Made by a program: the position numbers and the translations under genes. Below the pieces are notes generated by a model, which saw nothing but the letters and a program-made list of their open reading frames with translations, had not been told where the DNA came from and did no database searches. A DNA stretch of 64,000 bases from Macrostomum lignano. Its lineage: Eukaryota. The stretch spans positions 496,001 to 560,000 of the forward strand of contig NIVC01000104.1 in assembly GCA_002269645.1 (NCBI GenBank), read 5' to 3'. Below are positions 12,279-21,834 of this stretch, in pieces (position 1 is the first letter of the stretch; every line of letters starts with the position of its first letter).

Positions 12279-13616
12279 ATGACCAAGTCACCAACACCAC
12301 CGCCATTGCCCCGAATTCAAATACTAATGGTTGCCGCCCTGTTCCTTGGCTATTTCCTACTATTCTGGGCTAGAAAAGCGCTGACATTTGTCATACCATT
12401 TGTATTGTCAGCTGGCGATATGAGCCAATCGGAGCTGGGCCTGCTATTGAGCTGGCAGCAGGCTGGATACACTGTGAGCAAGTTTATCGCTGGATTAGTA
12501 GTAGACCGGGTCAGTCCCAAGGCCCTATTGTCTGGCGCATTCGGTCTCAGTGGTATTGTAGGCCTAACTTTGGCAGCAACAGAATCGCTAGCGCTGCGCT
12601 GCGTTTTAATGATCGCTAGCGGCATTGTTATTGGTGTGGCCTGGCCTAGCACGGTAAAAATTGCCAAGGCTTGGGTTGCCCCATTTGCATTTGGCACAGC
12701 TTGGGCCGTGCTATCCACAGCTATGAACGCCTGCGGCATTGTAGGCGCACCTCTGAGCGTTCAACTAAGCATCGATTATTCTTGGCGAGCCAGCGTCCAG
12801 TTGCCGTCGGTCTGTTGCTTAGCCTTCTGTCTGCCGTTTGTACTGTTGATTGCGTCGGAGCCGTCGGTTGTTCAGCTGTCCAGCCAGACTAAACCAGAGC
12901 AGCCAGACGATGGCAAATCCAAGCCAAAATCCAGCTGGTTAACCGATTGGCTGCAGCTGTTAACAGATCCAGTGTGCCTGTCCTGCAGTCTTGGCTACAT
13001 GTCGGTGAACGCCTGTCGCTACTCAGTCGATTGGTTGCCAGTGTTTTTATCGGAATCGCGTAATCTAACGCCGACCGATGGAGCAGCATTTACCAGCTGC
13101 CTGCAGGCTGGAGGCATTGTTGGTTCTCTGACAGCCGGGTTGCTTGCAGATGCCGCGTTTGCCGCCGCATCTTCCTCCTCAGCGTCCTCCTCTCCGAGAC
13201 GTTGGCAATTCAACCAGCCTCGTCTGTTAGTCATATGCTGTTTCAATCTGCTGTGCGTAGCATTCCTTCATACGATTGTCTCTCTGTCAAATCCTGATTG
13301 GCCAGTTGTCGCCTACCAAGCGCTTGGCTTCTGTCTCGGCGTTTGCCTATTCGGTCCCGTGGCCGTCTACGGCGTGATTGCGACAGAGAGTGCGCCAACC
13401 AGGCTAGCATTTACTAGTCACGCATTCTGCGCGCTCTTTGCCAATGTTGGCGCCATGGTTAGCGGCTATCCGTTGGGCTTGGCGGCCTCTAAATTTGGCT
13501 GGCCGGCTTCTGTGGTTGCTCTTGAGTTTTGGGTTCTGGTAACAACAGTTGGACACGCGATAGTGCTTCAAAGAATCAGTTTGTCGGCTAAGGAGAAGCA
13601 ATTAAAGGCTGATTGA
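12279..13616 (+). CDS. SLC37A4: Glucose-6-phosphate exchanger SLC37A4/G6PT-like MFS transporter, single coding exon
   Basis: Collinear similarity to SLC37A4 along its length: ARK-LTFVIP, GYTVSKFIAG, GVAWP, FGTAWAVLSTAMN, YSWR, GGIVGSLTAG-LAD, FGPVAVYGVIATESAP, TSHA...ANVG, C-terminal KAD. First in-frame ATG at 12279; the frame is open from 12204. Confidence 0.93.
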   Translation: MTKSPTPPPLPRIQILMVAALFLGYFLLFWARKALTFVIPFVLSAGDMSQSELGLLLSWQQAGYTVSKFIAGLVVDRVSPKALLSGAFGLSGIVGLTLAATESLALRCVLMIASGIVIGVAWPSTVKIAKAWVAPFAFGTAWAVLSTAMNACGIVGAPLSVQLSIDYSWRASVQLPSVCCLAFCLPFVLLIASEPSVVQLSSQTKPEQPDDGKSKPKSSWLTDWLQLLTDPVCLSCSLGYMSVNACRYSVDWLPVFLSESRNLTPTDGAAFTSCLQAGGIVGSLTAGLLADAAFAAASSSSASSSPRRWQFNQPRLLVICCFNLLCVAFLHTIVSLSNPDWPVVAYQALGFCLGVCLFGPVAVYGVIATESAPTRLAFTSHAFCALFANVGAMVSGYPLGLAASKFGWPASVVALEFWVLVTTVGHAIVLQRISLSAKEKQLKAD

Positions 13617-13721
13617 TGCTTTGATTGCGTTTTGATTTCATTGTTTCGTTGCAAGCCCTACCTTGATGGGCTTAGAGTGAGGCTACTTTTGTCCAGAGAA
13701 TTTTGCACTCTATCTGATCTC

Positions 13722-14470
13722 TTCGGGTACTGACGCCCTGTCTGATCCCACTGTGTGTACTGTCTGATCCCACTGTGTGTACTGTCTGATCCCACTGTGT
13801 GTACTGTCTGATCCCACTGTGTGTACTGTCTGATCCCACTGTGGGTACTGTCTGATCCCACTGTGGGTACTGTCTGATCCCACTGTGTGTACTGTCTGAT
13901 CCCACTGTGTGTACTGTCTGATCCCACTGTGTGTACTGTCTGATCCCACTGTGTGTACTGTCTGATCCCACTGTGGGTACTGTCTGATCCCACTGTGGGT
14001 ACTGTCTGATCCCACTGTGTGTACTGTCCGATCCCACTGTGTACTGTCTGATCCCACTGTGGGTACTGTCTGATCCCACTGTGTGTACTGTCTGATCCCA
14101 CTGTGGGTACTGTCTGATCCCACGGTGGGTACTGTCTGATCCCACTGTGGGTACTGTCTGATCCCACTGTGGGTACTGTCTGATCCCACTGTGTGTACTG
14201 TCTGATCCCACTGTGTACTGTCTGATCCCACTGTGGGTACTGTCTGATCCCACTGTGTGTACTGTCTGATCCCACTGTGTACTGTCTGATCCCACTGTGG
14301 GTACTGTCTGATCCCACTGTGTGTACTGTCTGATCCCACTGTGGGTACTGTCTGATCCCACTGTGTGTACTGTCTGATCCCACTGTGTGTACTGTCTGAT
14401 CCCACTGTGTGTACTGACGCCCTGTCTGATCCCACTGTGTGTACTGACGCCCTGTCTGATCCCACTATGT
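13722..14470. repeat. Minisatellite, 22-bp unit TACTGTCTGATCCCACTGTGTG, downstream of the SLC37A4 stop
   Basis: Directly visible tandem array. Confidence 0.95.
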
Positions 14471-15246
14471 GTACCAAAGCTCGCCATTGTTCATGCTATG
14501 CGTATTTCTATTTTGATCAAAAAAAAATTTTTTTTCTGCACTTTCTGTTCATTTTAGGTGCATTTTGTTTTAGTTGTCAATAGCTCTATTTTTAGCATGC
14601 TTCGATTGATCTCGTAGTAAATAGGTTTATTTAAATTTCATCTTAACTGAAAAGTTTTATATACTTGCTAATTATCTTGATGTTTCATTCGTTAATCAAG
14701 TCTTCCATGTTTGTTGCGATTTTTTACTTTTTGAGTTTAGTAATACTAATTATGTGTTAAGTAATGTTTTAGCTCTGTACTTTATTAGATTCTTTAAGAC
14801 TATCGCGGTAACTTAAAGATTTCAATGAGAGTGTCTGTCTATTTCTATTTTAGCTAGCCCTGCATATCTGTTGCATTTTTCACTTCCGGCAAATCGATCG
14901 TACTTGAAGTAGTTTTGAAAAGTACAAATAAATGAATAAACAAGTAACAACAGTTAAATATTTTAAATTACATTAAAAAACTTGTTGTTACGAGCGTTTT
15001 TTAATTAGTGAAACTAAAATTGTCTGCCTCACTGATGCATCTGGCTTTCAGATCGCACTGCTAATTGCAGCAGATTAATATGAATTATTATTAATATGAT
15101 AATTATTATTATGATTATTATTAATTATATGATGAATATAATAATTAGTATGATTAACATGGTTTTTCCAGCACATCTCTATTCTTCTACTTACTAAGAC
15201 AGCCAACAGTAGTGTAATAAGAACTTAACAACCAAATTAACAAAAG

Positions 15247-15687
15247 ATGCGTCTAACAGAATTGAAAGGCGACTTATTCGCTGGCTCGGAGTCGTCCGAC
15301 CCGCCGGCCGGTATGGCGCACTGCGTCAGCGCCGACCTGCGAATGGGCCGCGGCATCGCCGCCGAATTTCGATCGCGATTCGGTCGGATCGACGAATTCC
15401 GTCGGCAGACCTGCGGCATTGGCGAGGTGGCGCACCTGCGTCTGAGTGACGGCCGCTTGCTGGCCTGCCTAGTAACAAAACAGCGCTATTGGGAGAAGCC
15501 GACGTACGACAGTTTGACACAGTGCCTGCAGCGGCTGCGTCAGATCTGCTTAGACCAAGGCGTCAAACGTCTGGCGGTGCCGCGCCTCGGCTGCGGCTTG
15601 GACAGGCTCAACTGGCGTCGAGTCCGCGAACTCATTGAGGCCGTATTTGACGGTGCCGACGTTTGTGTTGATGTCTACTCACTGTGA
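15247..15687 (+). CDS. OARD1: ADP-ribose glycohydrolase OARD1/TARG1 (macrodomain), single coding exon, 146 aa
   Basis: KGDLF, AHCVSAD-RMG-GIA, GEVA, LVTK...KPTY, PRLGCGLDRL-W and terminal VYSL match TARG1; the catalytic Lys (TK) and Asp (GCGLD) equivalents are present. Confidence 0.95.
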   Translation: MRLTELKGDLFAGSESSDPPAGMAHCVSADLRMGRGIAAEFRSRFGRIDEFRRQTCGIGEVAHLRLSDGRLLACLVTKQRYWEKPTYDSLTQCLQRLRQICLDQGVKRLAVPRLGCGLDRLNWRRVRELIEAVFDGADVCVDVYSL

Positions 15688-15704
15688 CATTCCTGAATCC
15701 GCTG

Positions 15705-16330
15705 CATTTGTCACTCGTAGAATCGCCCCATTTACCACCCATAGAATCTCCCCATTTACCACCCATACAATCTCCCCATTTACCACCCATACAATCTCCC
15801 CATTTACCCCCCATACAATCTCCCCATTTACCACCTATAGAATCTCCCCATTTACCACCTATAGAATCGCCCCATTTACCACCTATAGAATCGCCCCATT
15901 TACCACCTATAGAATCGCCCCATTTACCACCTATAGAATCTCCCCATTTACCACCTATAGAATCGCCCCATTTACCACCTATAGAATCGCCCCATTTACC
16001 ACCTATAGAATCGCCCCATTTACCACCTATAGAATCGCCCCATTTACCACCTATAGAATCGCCCCATTTAGAACCAAAAGGATCGCCCCATTTACCACCT
16101 ATAGAATCGCCCTATTTGTCACTACACTAGTAGAATCGCCCCATTTACCACCTACAGAATCGCCCTATTTGTCACTACACTAGTAGAATCGCCCCATTTA
16201 CCACCTACAGAATCGCCCCATTTACCACCTACAGAATCGCCCTATTTGTCACTACACTAGTAGAATCGCCCCATTTACCACCTATAGAATCGCCCCATTT
16301 ACAACCAAAAGGATCGCCCCATTTACCATC
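15705..16330. repeat. Minisatellite, 24-bp unit TAGAATCGCCCCATTTACCACCTA, downstream of the OARD1 stop
   Basis: Directly visible tandem array. Confidence 0.95.
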
Positions 16331-17028
16331 CATAATTTCACTTCTGTTATAAAAGGAATCAAATTATTCTCATATTCCCCTGTATTTGGAGTTTTGCAAC
16401 TGCAGAAGTAGACTACGTCATTACAATTATGTCATTTTTCCCTTTTTGAATTTAACTGTCTAGATTTAAAATGTTTCATTACGAGTAGTCAGTAATACTT
16501 TGTTCGCATGTTTTGCTCCTACATGTAAGTCAGTAAGTGTAACTTGCCAAATAAAGATTGCATTTGATTACAATCGTTGTTACTCATCAGTTTAATTACT
16601 ATCTTAAACGGGCTGATAATTTCCTTGGTAGCTTCGCCTGTCAACTGTTAATATTTTCGCATATTGAAATATTGGTGTTCAGAATCAACAATTAGCTAGC
16701 TTGGAATCCTTGGATTATAAATTTAGGAGCAGGACAAAGGATGACACTACGCGTATATTTTGCACCTTTGGTTTCTGGTAGACTGGGTTGTACAGGTTAT
16801 GCATACTGTTAGCCTGAAGTTATCTGTTTTTTGGCCTTTTTACTCGTTTGTAAAAAAGTTGCGAGTCAATGCTGCAGAAATGAGAAGATGGAGTATTGCT
16901 CTCATTTACAAATCAAATTATTTAGAAATATTGATAAAAAATAAAAGTACAAAAACCGTTTGTCGCGCTTAAAAATCATGCGAGTTCCAAAATGCATGCC
17001 GGTCTAGGGTTTACGCGAGGGTGCACCG

Positions 17029-17403
17029 CTACTGAGCAATCTGCTCAATCAACCAGTCTGGATTCGCGCAGAATGTGAACCGATTGTCAACTTTGGCGCC
17101 TTCGACTAAACGCGAATAGGCCAAACGAACGTTGCCAACTTCGTTGGAATTCTCGTAGAATTCGAAGTAGCTCGGCTCGATTTTAAACAGCACCATGGAA
17201 TCCGGCGGCGGAATCATCGAGTCTTTGTAGTGGCAAATCTTCTGGCGAAGGTCCTGGAATTTCTCTTTGAACTCGCTGTCGATTACTTTGCTTTGATTGT
17301 TGTCTATGGCGCTGAAGTAGCACTTTAGCTCGGATGGAAATATCTTCTGAAAGTAGCTGTTCACCACGTGGCGATCGCGAACCAGAGTGGCTTCGCCTTC
17401 CAC
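17029..17403 (-). CDS. PNPO: PNPO-like flavoprotein, terminal exon
   Basis: Acceptor CTCTCAG|GTG at 17404/17403 (phase 0, giving RYVM|VEG). VEG...YF...QSKVI...P-P...EFY...R...DWLIEQIAQ* matches the PNPO C-terminal half (VEG...YF...QSSVI...PKP...EFW...DR...DWLYERLAP*). Confidence 0.85.
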   Translation of the reverse strand: MEGEATLVRDRHVVNSYFQKIFPSELKCYFSAIDNNQSKVIDSEFKEKFQDLRQKICHYKDSMIPPPDSMVLFKIEPSYFEFYENSNEVGNVRLAYSRLVEGAKVDNRFTFCANPDWLIEQIAQ

Positions 17404-17714
17404 CTGAGAGGTTTTTTAGGAACGGATTTATATGTAGGTTAGCTGTCAGCCGAACTACGAGCGTATATACAATTCTTTAAAAAAACTGCAAACTGCAGCT
17501 CAAATGCTTGTTTGATGCTTTATAAAACCGTTTAATTAAAACGCTGTTCAACTTTACAATCGGAGCACGAAACTGGACGAAAGCCAGGCGCGAACACCGA
17601 CATGGGTTGGGGAGGGACGCGCGCAAGCGAACAAATTAACTCGGCCTAATCAGAACAAGGTGAGCTACATGTAAATCAACGCAAGAAGGCCTTAAAACCA
17701 GATTGGTGGAGGTT

Positions 17715-18082
17715 TGGTGCGCACGGGGCCAAAAAGACGCGGAGAGCTGGAGGGAGGTGGGTGCGCACCGGGCAGAAAGTTGCGGAGAGCTGGAGGGAGG
17801 TGGGTGCGCAGCGGGCAGAAAGACTAAGGCGCGGAGAGAGAGGGAGGTGGGTGCGCACCGGGCAGAAAGTTGCGGAGAGCTGGAGGGAGGTGGGTGCGCA
17901 CCGGGCAGAAAGACGCGGAGAGAGGGGGAGGTGGATGCTCAAGGGGCAGAAAGACGCGGAGAGGGAGGGAGGTGGGTGCTCACGGGGCAGATCAAGACTC
18001 GGAGAGGGAGGGAGGTGCATGCTCACGTGGCAAAAGGACGCGGAGAGGGATGGAGGTGGGTGCGCACAGAAAGACGCAGAGA
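17715..18082. repeat. GC-rich approximately 40-43-bp tandem repeat (resumes at 21290-21380)
   Basis: GGGTGCGCAC.GGGCAGAAAG..GCGGAGAG units on both sides of the foldback/LINE insertion. Confidence 0.85.
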
Positions 18083-18339
18083 GGGGGTCGCCATCATAAA
18101 TCCGAAACATTACAAACCCGAAATATCATAACTCCGAAAAACAAAATAGCAACGCCTATCAAAAACCCGAAATAATCATAAACCCGAAATATCATAACTC
18201 CGAAATTAATAGCAGGGCCCATCATAAACACGAAATGTCACAAACCCGAAAAATCACAACTCCGGAAACCAAAATAGCATTGCCCATCATAAACCAGAAG
18301 TATCACAAATCCGAAATCATAACTCCCGAAAACCAGTGA

Positions 18340-21009
18340 CTCCCGAAAATCGGAGCGCTGATCGGACCGAGGCTGCAGCAGAGCTGTCGCTGCATCTCCC
18401 TGTCTTCTCGGCTGCTTCGGGTCGACGTCCGGCTTCGCGGCCGGAACACCCGCCTGTTCTGCGCGTACGCGCCGCCTGCTACCCGCTCCGATGAGGCTCA
18501 GGCCTTCTTCGAGCAACTCTCGGTGCGGGTGGAGGAGATGGCGCAACGTGACACAGTGGTCATTCTCGGAGACCTGAACGCAGTTCTGCGTAGGTCCGAG
18601 CGATCGCTGTTTGTGACAGCGCGCGAGAACGGCAACACCGGAGCGCTAGAGGACTTCCTGGAGAGACAGGACATGGTGTCGGCCAACACCAGATTCCACA
18701 AGTCGCCGGGCAGGCTCGCGACCTTCGTGGGCTGCAAGCGGAGGCGGCGGAACGCGCGTGGCCGGAACGCTACGCGGAGGCTGGCACAGCTCGACCACGT
18801 GCTTGTGCGCTTTCGCGAGCGCCGCCGCGTCACCAACTGCTACACCATTACGCCGCTGGCTCTGCGGTCCGACCATCGGCTGCTCATCTGCGACCTTCGG
18901 CTTCGGGACCCGCTCTACCGTCCGCCAAAGCGGCCACCGCGGCGCTACTACCGCGCGCTCAGAGACGCCGAGACGCGACGTCGCTTTGCCGGTGCCTTTG
19001 TCACTGCGCTGGGCGACAAGCGTGGAGGAGCCGAGTACGCGGAGGTGAGCGCTGCAGTTCGAGCCGCTGCGGAGCAAGCAGTCCCGCTGATGCGACCGGC
19101 CCAGCGCGGGCAGCCGGTCTGGCAGGACGACCCCGCGATCGACGAAGCGAGGGAAGATCTGGAGAGGCTTCGTCTGAGTGGGCGGCCAACTCGCGAGGCG
19201 GAGGAGGCTCTGGCGGCTGTCTACCTGCAGCGGCAGCAGTCCGCTGTCGATGACGCCATCCAAGCCGTCTCTGCCGCAGGGCCCGATGCCAGAGGGCGCG
19301 TGGCCTGGTCCGCCATCAACACTCTGACGGGGCGAAAGCGGCGCATTGCGCTTAACCTGGCAGGCGACACTCCGGATGAGCGCAGGAACGAGCTGCGCGA
19401 GTTCTTCGCCGCCATTGTCAACGCGCCGCCCCCTCCGCTTCCAGAAAATCTGAGGCTGCCGCCGGAGACGCCGTTGCCGGCGGAGGAGAGCTTCAATGTT
19501 GCCCCAGTCAGCACAGCCGACGTTGTGAAGTTCGCTCGGCAGACGCCGGGCGGCAAAGCGCTTGGTCCGGACGAGGTGCCCACCGAGGCGCTGCGGATCC
19601 ACTGCGTGGCCACTGAGGTCGCCAGAGTGATGAACCGCGTGATTTTCGGTGAGGTGGCGCCAAACGAATGGACCACGGCGCACATCGTCGCCATTCCAAA
19701 GAAGCCGGGCACCACCAAGCTCGAGGAGCATCGAGGCATCTGCCTACAGTCCTGCGCCGCGAAGCTGTTCAACCGCATGCTGCTATCGCGGTTACAGCCT
19801 GTGCTGGACCCGTACCTGCGACCTGAGCAGAACGGATTCCGGCCCCATCGCGGCACAGTGACGCAGATCCTGGCTCTTCGACGAGTCATCGAGGAGGCGC
19901 GCATCCGCCAGTTGACCCTGATCCTGATCTTCGTCGATTTCAGGAAGGCTTTCGACTCGGTCGTGAGGGACGCGCTCCCAGAGGTGCTCCGTGCGTACAA
20001 CGTGCCAGAGCTGCTGATTTCTGCTGTCATGGCGCTGTACCACGGCACGACGGCTGCTGTCTCAACACCGGACGGCCTATCGGATTTCTTCGAGACATCC
20101 TCCGGGGTGCTCCAGGGAGATACGCTAGCGCCGTTCCTATTTATTCTGGTGCTTGACTGGGTGCTACGGACTGCTCTGCCTTCCAACGACGACGGCTTCC
20201 TGCTGCGGCGACGCGTGGGTCGACGCCAACCGGAGAGACGGCTCAGCGTGCTTGGCTACGCCGATGACCTCGCCCTGCTGTCCTCGACCGTCGAGGGCGC
20301 CCAACGACAGCTGGATAGGCTGGTTGCCGTTGCGGCGAGCGTCGGCCTGGTGGTCAACACGCAGAAGACCGTCGTGCTATGCGTGCCGGACGACACCGAG
20401 GCTGCAATCTTCTGCCGAGGCGCTGACGGACAGGCGAGTGAGCTTCCAAGATGTCAGCAGTTCGTCTACCTCGGCGGTCTGGTTCCCGACGTCCGCGAGG
20501 ATCTGCGGCGTCGCCGAGGACTTGCTTGGGCTGCCTTTCGTTCTATAAGGTCAGTCCTGCAGTCCGAGGCCCTACCGGACCGCCAGAGGGCGGCGCTGTT
20601 CCAGGCGGTGATCGAGACCGTCCTGTTATACAACGCCGAGACCTGGACGCTGACAGACTCGCTCGAGGCTCAAGTCGACGCGGCGCACGCTGGCCTGCTG
20701 CGCGCCGCCTTCAAGATCGGCAACGAGCGAGTCACCAACACGGCGCTCTATCATCGCGCCGGCCTGGCCCGTCCTAGCGATCTGCTGCGCCGTCGGCGAC
20801 TCCAGCTGGCAGGCCACGTCATCCACGCCGAGGCCTACTGTCCGGAGCCGGTGCAGGAGGTGCTGCTACTTACGTTGCAGGCACCCTACCGGCGGGGACA
20901 GGCGAGGACTCGGCGCTACGTCGACTGTCTGCTGGCTGACGCCGGCGCCCCGGACTCTGCCGGCGGTGCGGCTTTTGTTCGCGCCCAAGCTTTGAAGCGC
21001 GCCATCTGA
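18340..21009 (+). CDS. APE-RT polyprotein ORF of the RTE-type LINE (N-terminally truncated)
   Basis: Continuous open frame containing endonuclease and RT motifs (YADD at 20257-20268); supplied ORF 18523..21009 starts at an internal GTG. Confidence 0.9.
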   Translation, partial: LPKIGALIGPRLQQSCRCISLSSRLLRVDVRLRGRNTRLFCAYAPPATRSDEAQAFFEQLSVRVEEMAQRDTVVILGDLNAVLRRSERSLFVTARENGNTGALEDFLERQDMVSANTRFHKSPGRLATFVGCKRRRRNARGRNATRRLAQLDHVLVRFRERRRVTNCYTITPLALRSDHRLLICDLRLRDPLYRPPKRPPRRYYRALRDAETRRRFAGAFVTALGDKRGGAEYAEVSAAVRAAAEQAVPLMRPAQRGQPVWQDDPAIDEAREDLERLRLSGRPTREAEEALAAVYLQRQQSAVDDAIQAVSAAGPDARGRVAWSAINTLTGRKRRIALNLAGDTPDERRNELREFFAAIVNAPPPPLPENLRLPPETPLPAEESFNVAPVSTADVVKFARQTPGGKALGPDEVPTEALRIHCVATEVARVMNRVIFGEVAPNEWTTAHIVAIPKKPGTTKLEEHRGICLQSCAAKLFNRMLLSRLQPVLDPYLRPEQNGFRPHRGTVTQILALRRVIEEARIRQLTLILIFVDFRKAFDSVVRDALPEVLRAYNVPELLISAVMALYHGTTAAVSTPDGLSDFFETSSGVLQGDTLAPFLFILVLDWVLRTALPSNDDGFLLRRRVGRRQPERRLSVLGYADDLALLSSTVEGAQRQLDRLVAVAASVGLVVNTQKTVVLCVPDDTEAAIFCRGADGQASELPRCQQFVYLGGLVPDVREDLRRRRGLAWAAFRSIRSVLQSEALPDRQRAALFQAVIETVLLYNAETWTLTDSLEAQVDAAHAGLLRAAFKIGNERVTNTALYHRAGLARPSDLLRRRRLQLAGHVIHAEAYCPEPVQEVLLLTLQAPYRRGQARTRRYVDCLLADAGAPDSAGGAAFVRAQALKRAI

Positions 21010-21054
21010 CGCTGCTTTTGTGAACTGGCAGCGTACTCTGTTGTTGTTGTTGTT
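18352..21054 (+). mobile_element. 5'-truncated non-LTR retrotransposon of the RTE group (RTE/RTE-X-like), with (GTT)n tail
   Basis: Stop-free frame from 18340 to TGA at 21009: partial AP endonuclease (GALIGPRL...CAYAPP...ILGDLNA...LDHVL...SDH), then RT (IPKKPG...HRGICL...EQNGFR...FVDFRKAFDSV...GVLQGDTLAPFLF...YADD...YLG), then YNAETWTLT and RRRRLQLAGHV. The 3' end is a (GTT)5 tail. Candidate TSD GAAAACCA at 18328-18335 and 21055-21062. Confidence 0.93.
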
Positions 21055-21522
21055 GAAAACCAAAATAGTGTTGAACATTGCTAGAACTTTCGAAGTTATG
21101 ATATTTCGATTTGTGACATTTCGGGTTTATGATGGGCAATGCTATTTTTGTTTTCGGAGTTATATGATATTTCGGGTTTGTGATTTTTCGGGATTATGAT
21201 GTGCGTTGCTAGCAATTTCGGGTTTATGATGGGCGTTGCTATTTTGGTTTCTGGAGTTGTGATTTTTCTGGTTTGTGATGCCCCCCCCCGGAGAGGAAGT
21301 GTGCACGGGGCAGAAAGACGTGGAGAGGAGGGAGTGTGGGTCTGCACAGGGTAGAAAGACGAGGAGAGGGAGTGGCGTGACAGAAAAAGTACAAAAAGTG
21401 TACAAAGTTGACCAAGCAAGGGGGCTAGACGGTAACGGGGCGGTGCACCGAACCGGGCATTAAACCTCTGTAAACGTCACCCCAAAAGGGGCACGCTTCC
21501 GGATAATAGCCGACTTTCTCAC

Positions 21523-21834
21523 CATCACATAGCGATCCAGCTTCAGCCAATCAAAGTACAAGCTGACATTTTTGTTTTGAGAAATTTGATCACCCTTCCG
21601 GCTGGTCAGGGTGGATAAGAACAAAAATGCGTTGTCGCATACGTCGGCTAGCTGCATTGGTCGCTGCGATGGTCGAAGCGTCTTAGCGCACACGGTGGCC
21701 AATAGGAAAATGTCGGCGCTAGCGAATCGGCCGCTGCGAACTGCGTCCTTCTGCCAGCGGCGGAACAGGCTGAATGGCTGTGCAAAGCCGCGGGCAATCG
21801 CCTCCTTGGGATCTTTGATTGGCTTGGTCTGCGG
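21523..21834 (-). CDS. PNPO: Pyridoxamine 5'-phosphate oxidase-like flavoprotein, N-terminal coding exon (no in-frame ATG before the conserved region)
   Basis: Reads PQTKPIKDPKEAIARGFAQPFSLFRRWQKDAVRSGRFASADIFLLATVCAKTLRPSQRPMQLADVCDNAFLFLSTLTSRKGDQISQNKNVSLYFDWLKLDRYVM, aligning to PNPO (F..W..EAV...LAT...PSAR...SRKG.....N...SL.F.W). Donor ATG|GTGAGA at 21523/21522; acceptor TAG at 21837-21835 with TACTAAC about 24 nt upstream. Confidence 0.85.

Larger units (their letters stand above)
18083..21289. mobile_element. Foldback/MITE-like palindromic element (about 480 bp once the LINE is removed), split by the RTE insertion
   Basis: Left arm 18083-18335 built of CATCATAAACCCGAAAT / ATCATAACTCCGAAA / CAAAATAGCA modules; right arm 21063-21289 is the reverse complement of the same modules. 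Both ends start GGGG..CATCA. The same GC-rich minisatellite flanks both sides. Confidence 0.7.

Noticed and set aside
13616-15247. SLC37A4-OARD1 as a definite trans-spliced operon
   Set aside because: The 1.6-kb spacing and an ETS-like motif at 14882 fit an independent promoter; this cannot be decided from sequence.
18498-21078. Antisense and alternate-frame ORFs over the LINE (e.g. 18646..19731, 19221..20186)
   Set aside because: Shadow ORFs expected from GC-rich coding sequence; no recognisable motifs.
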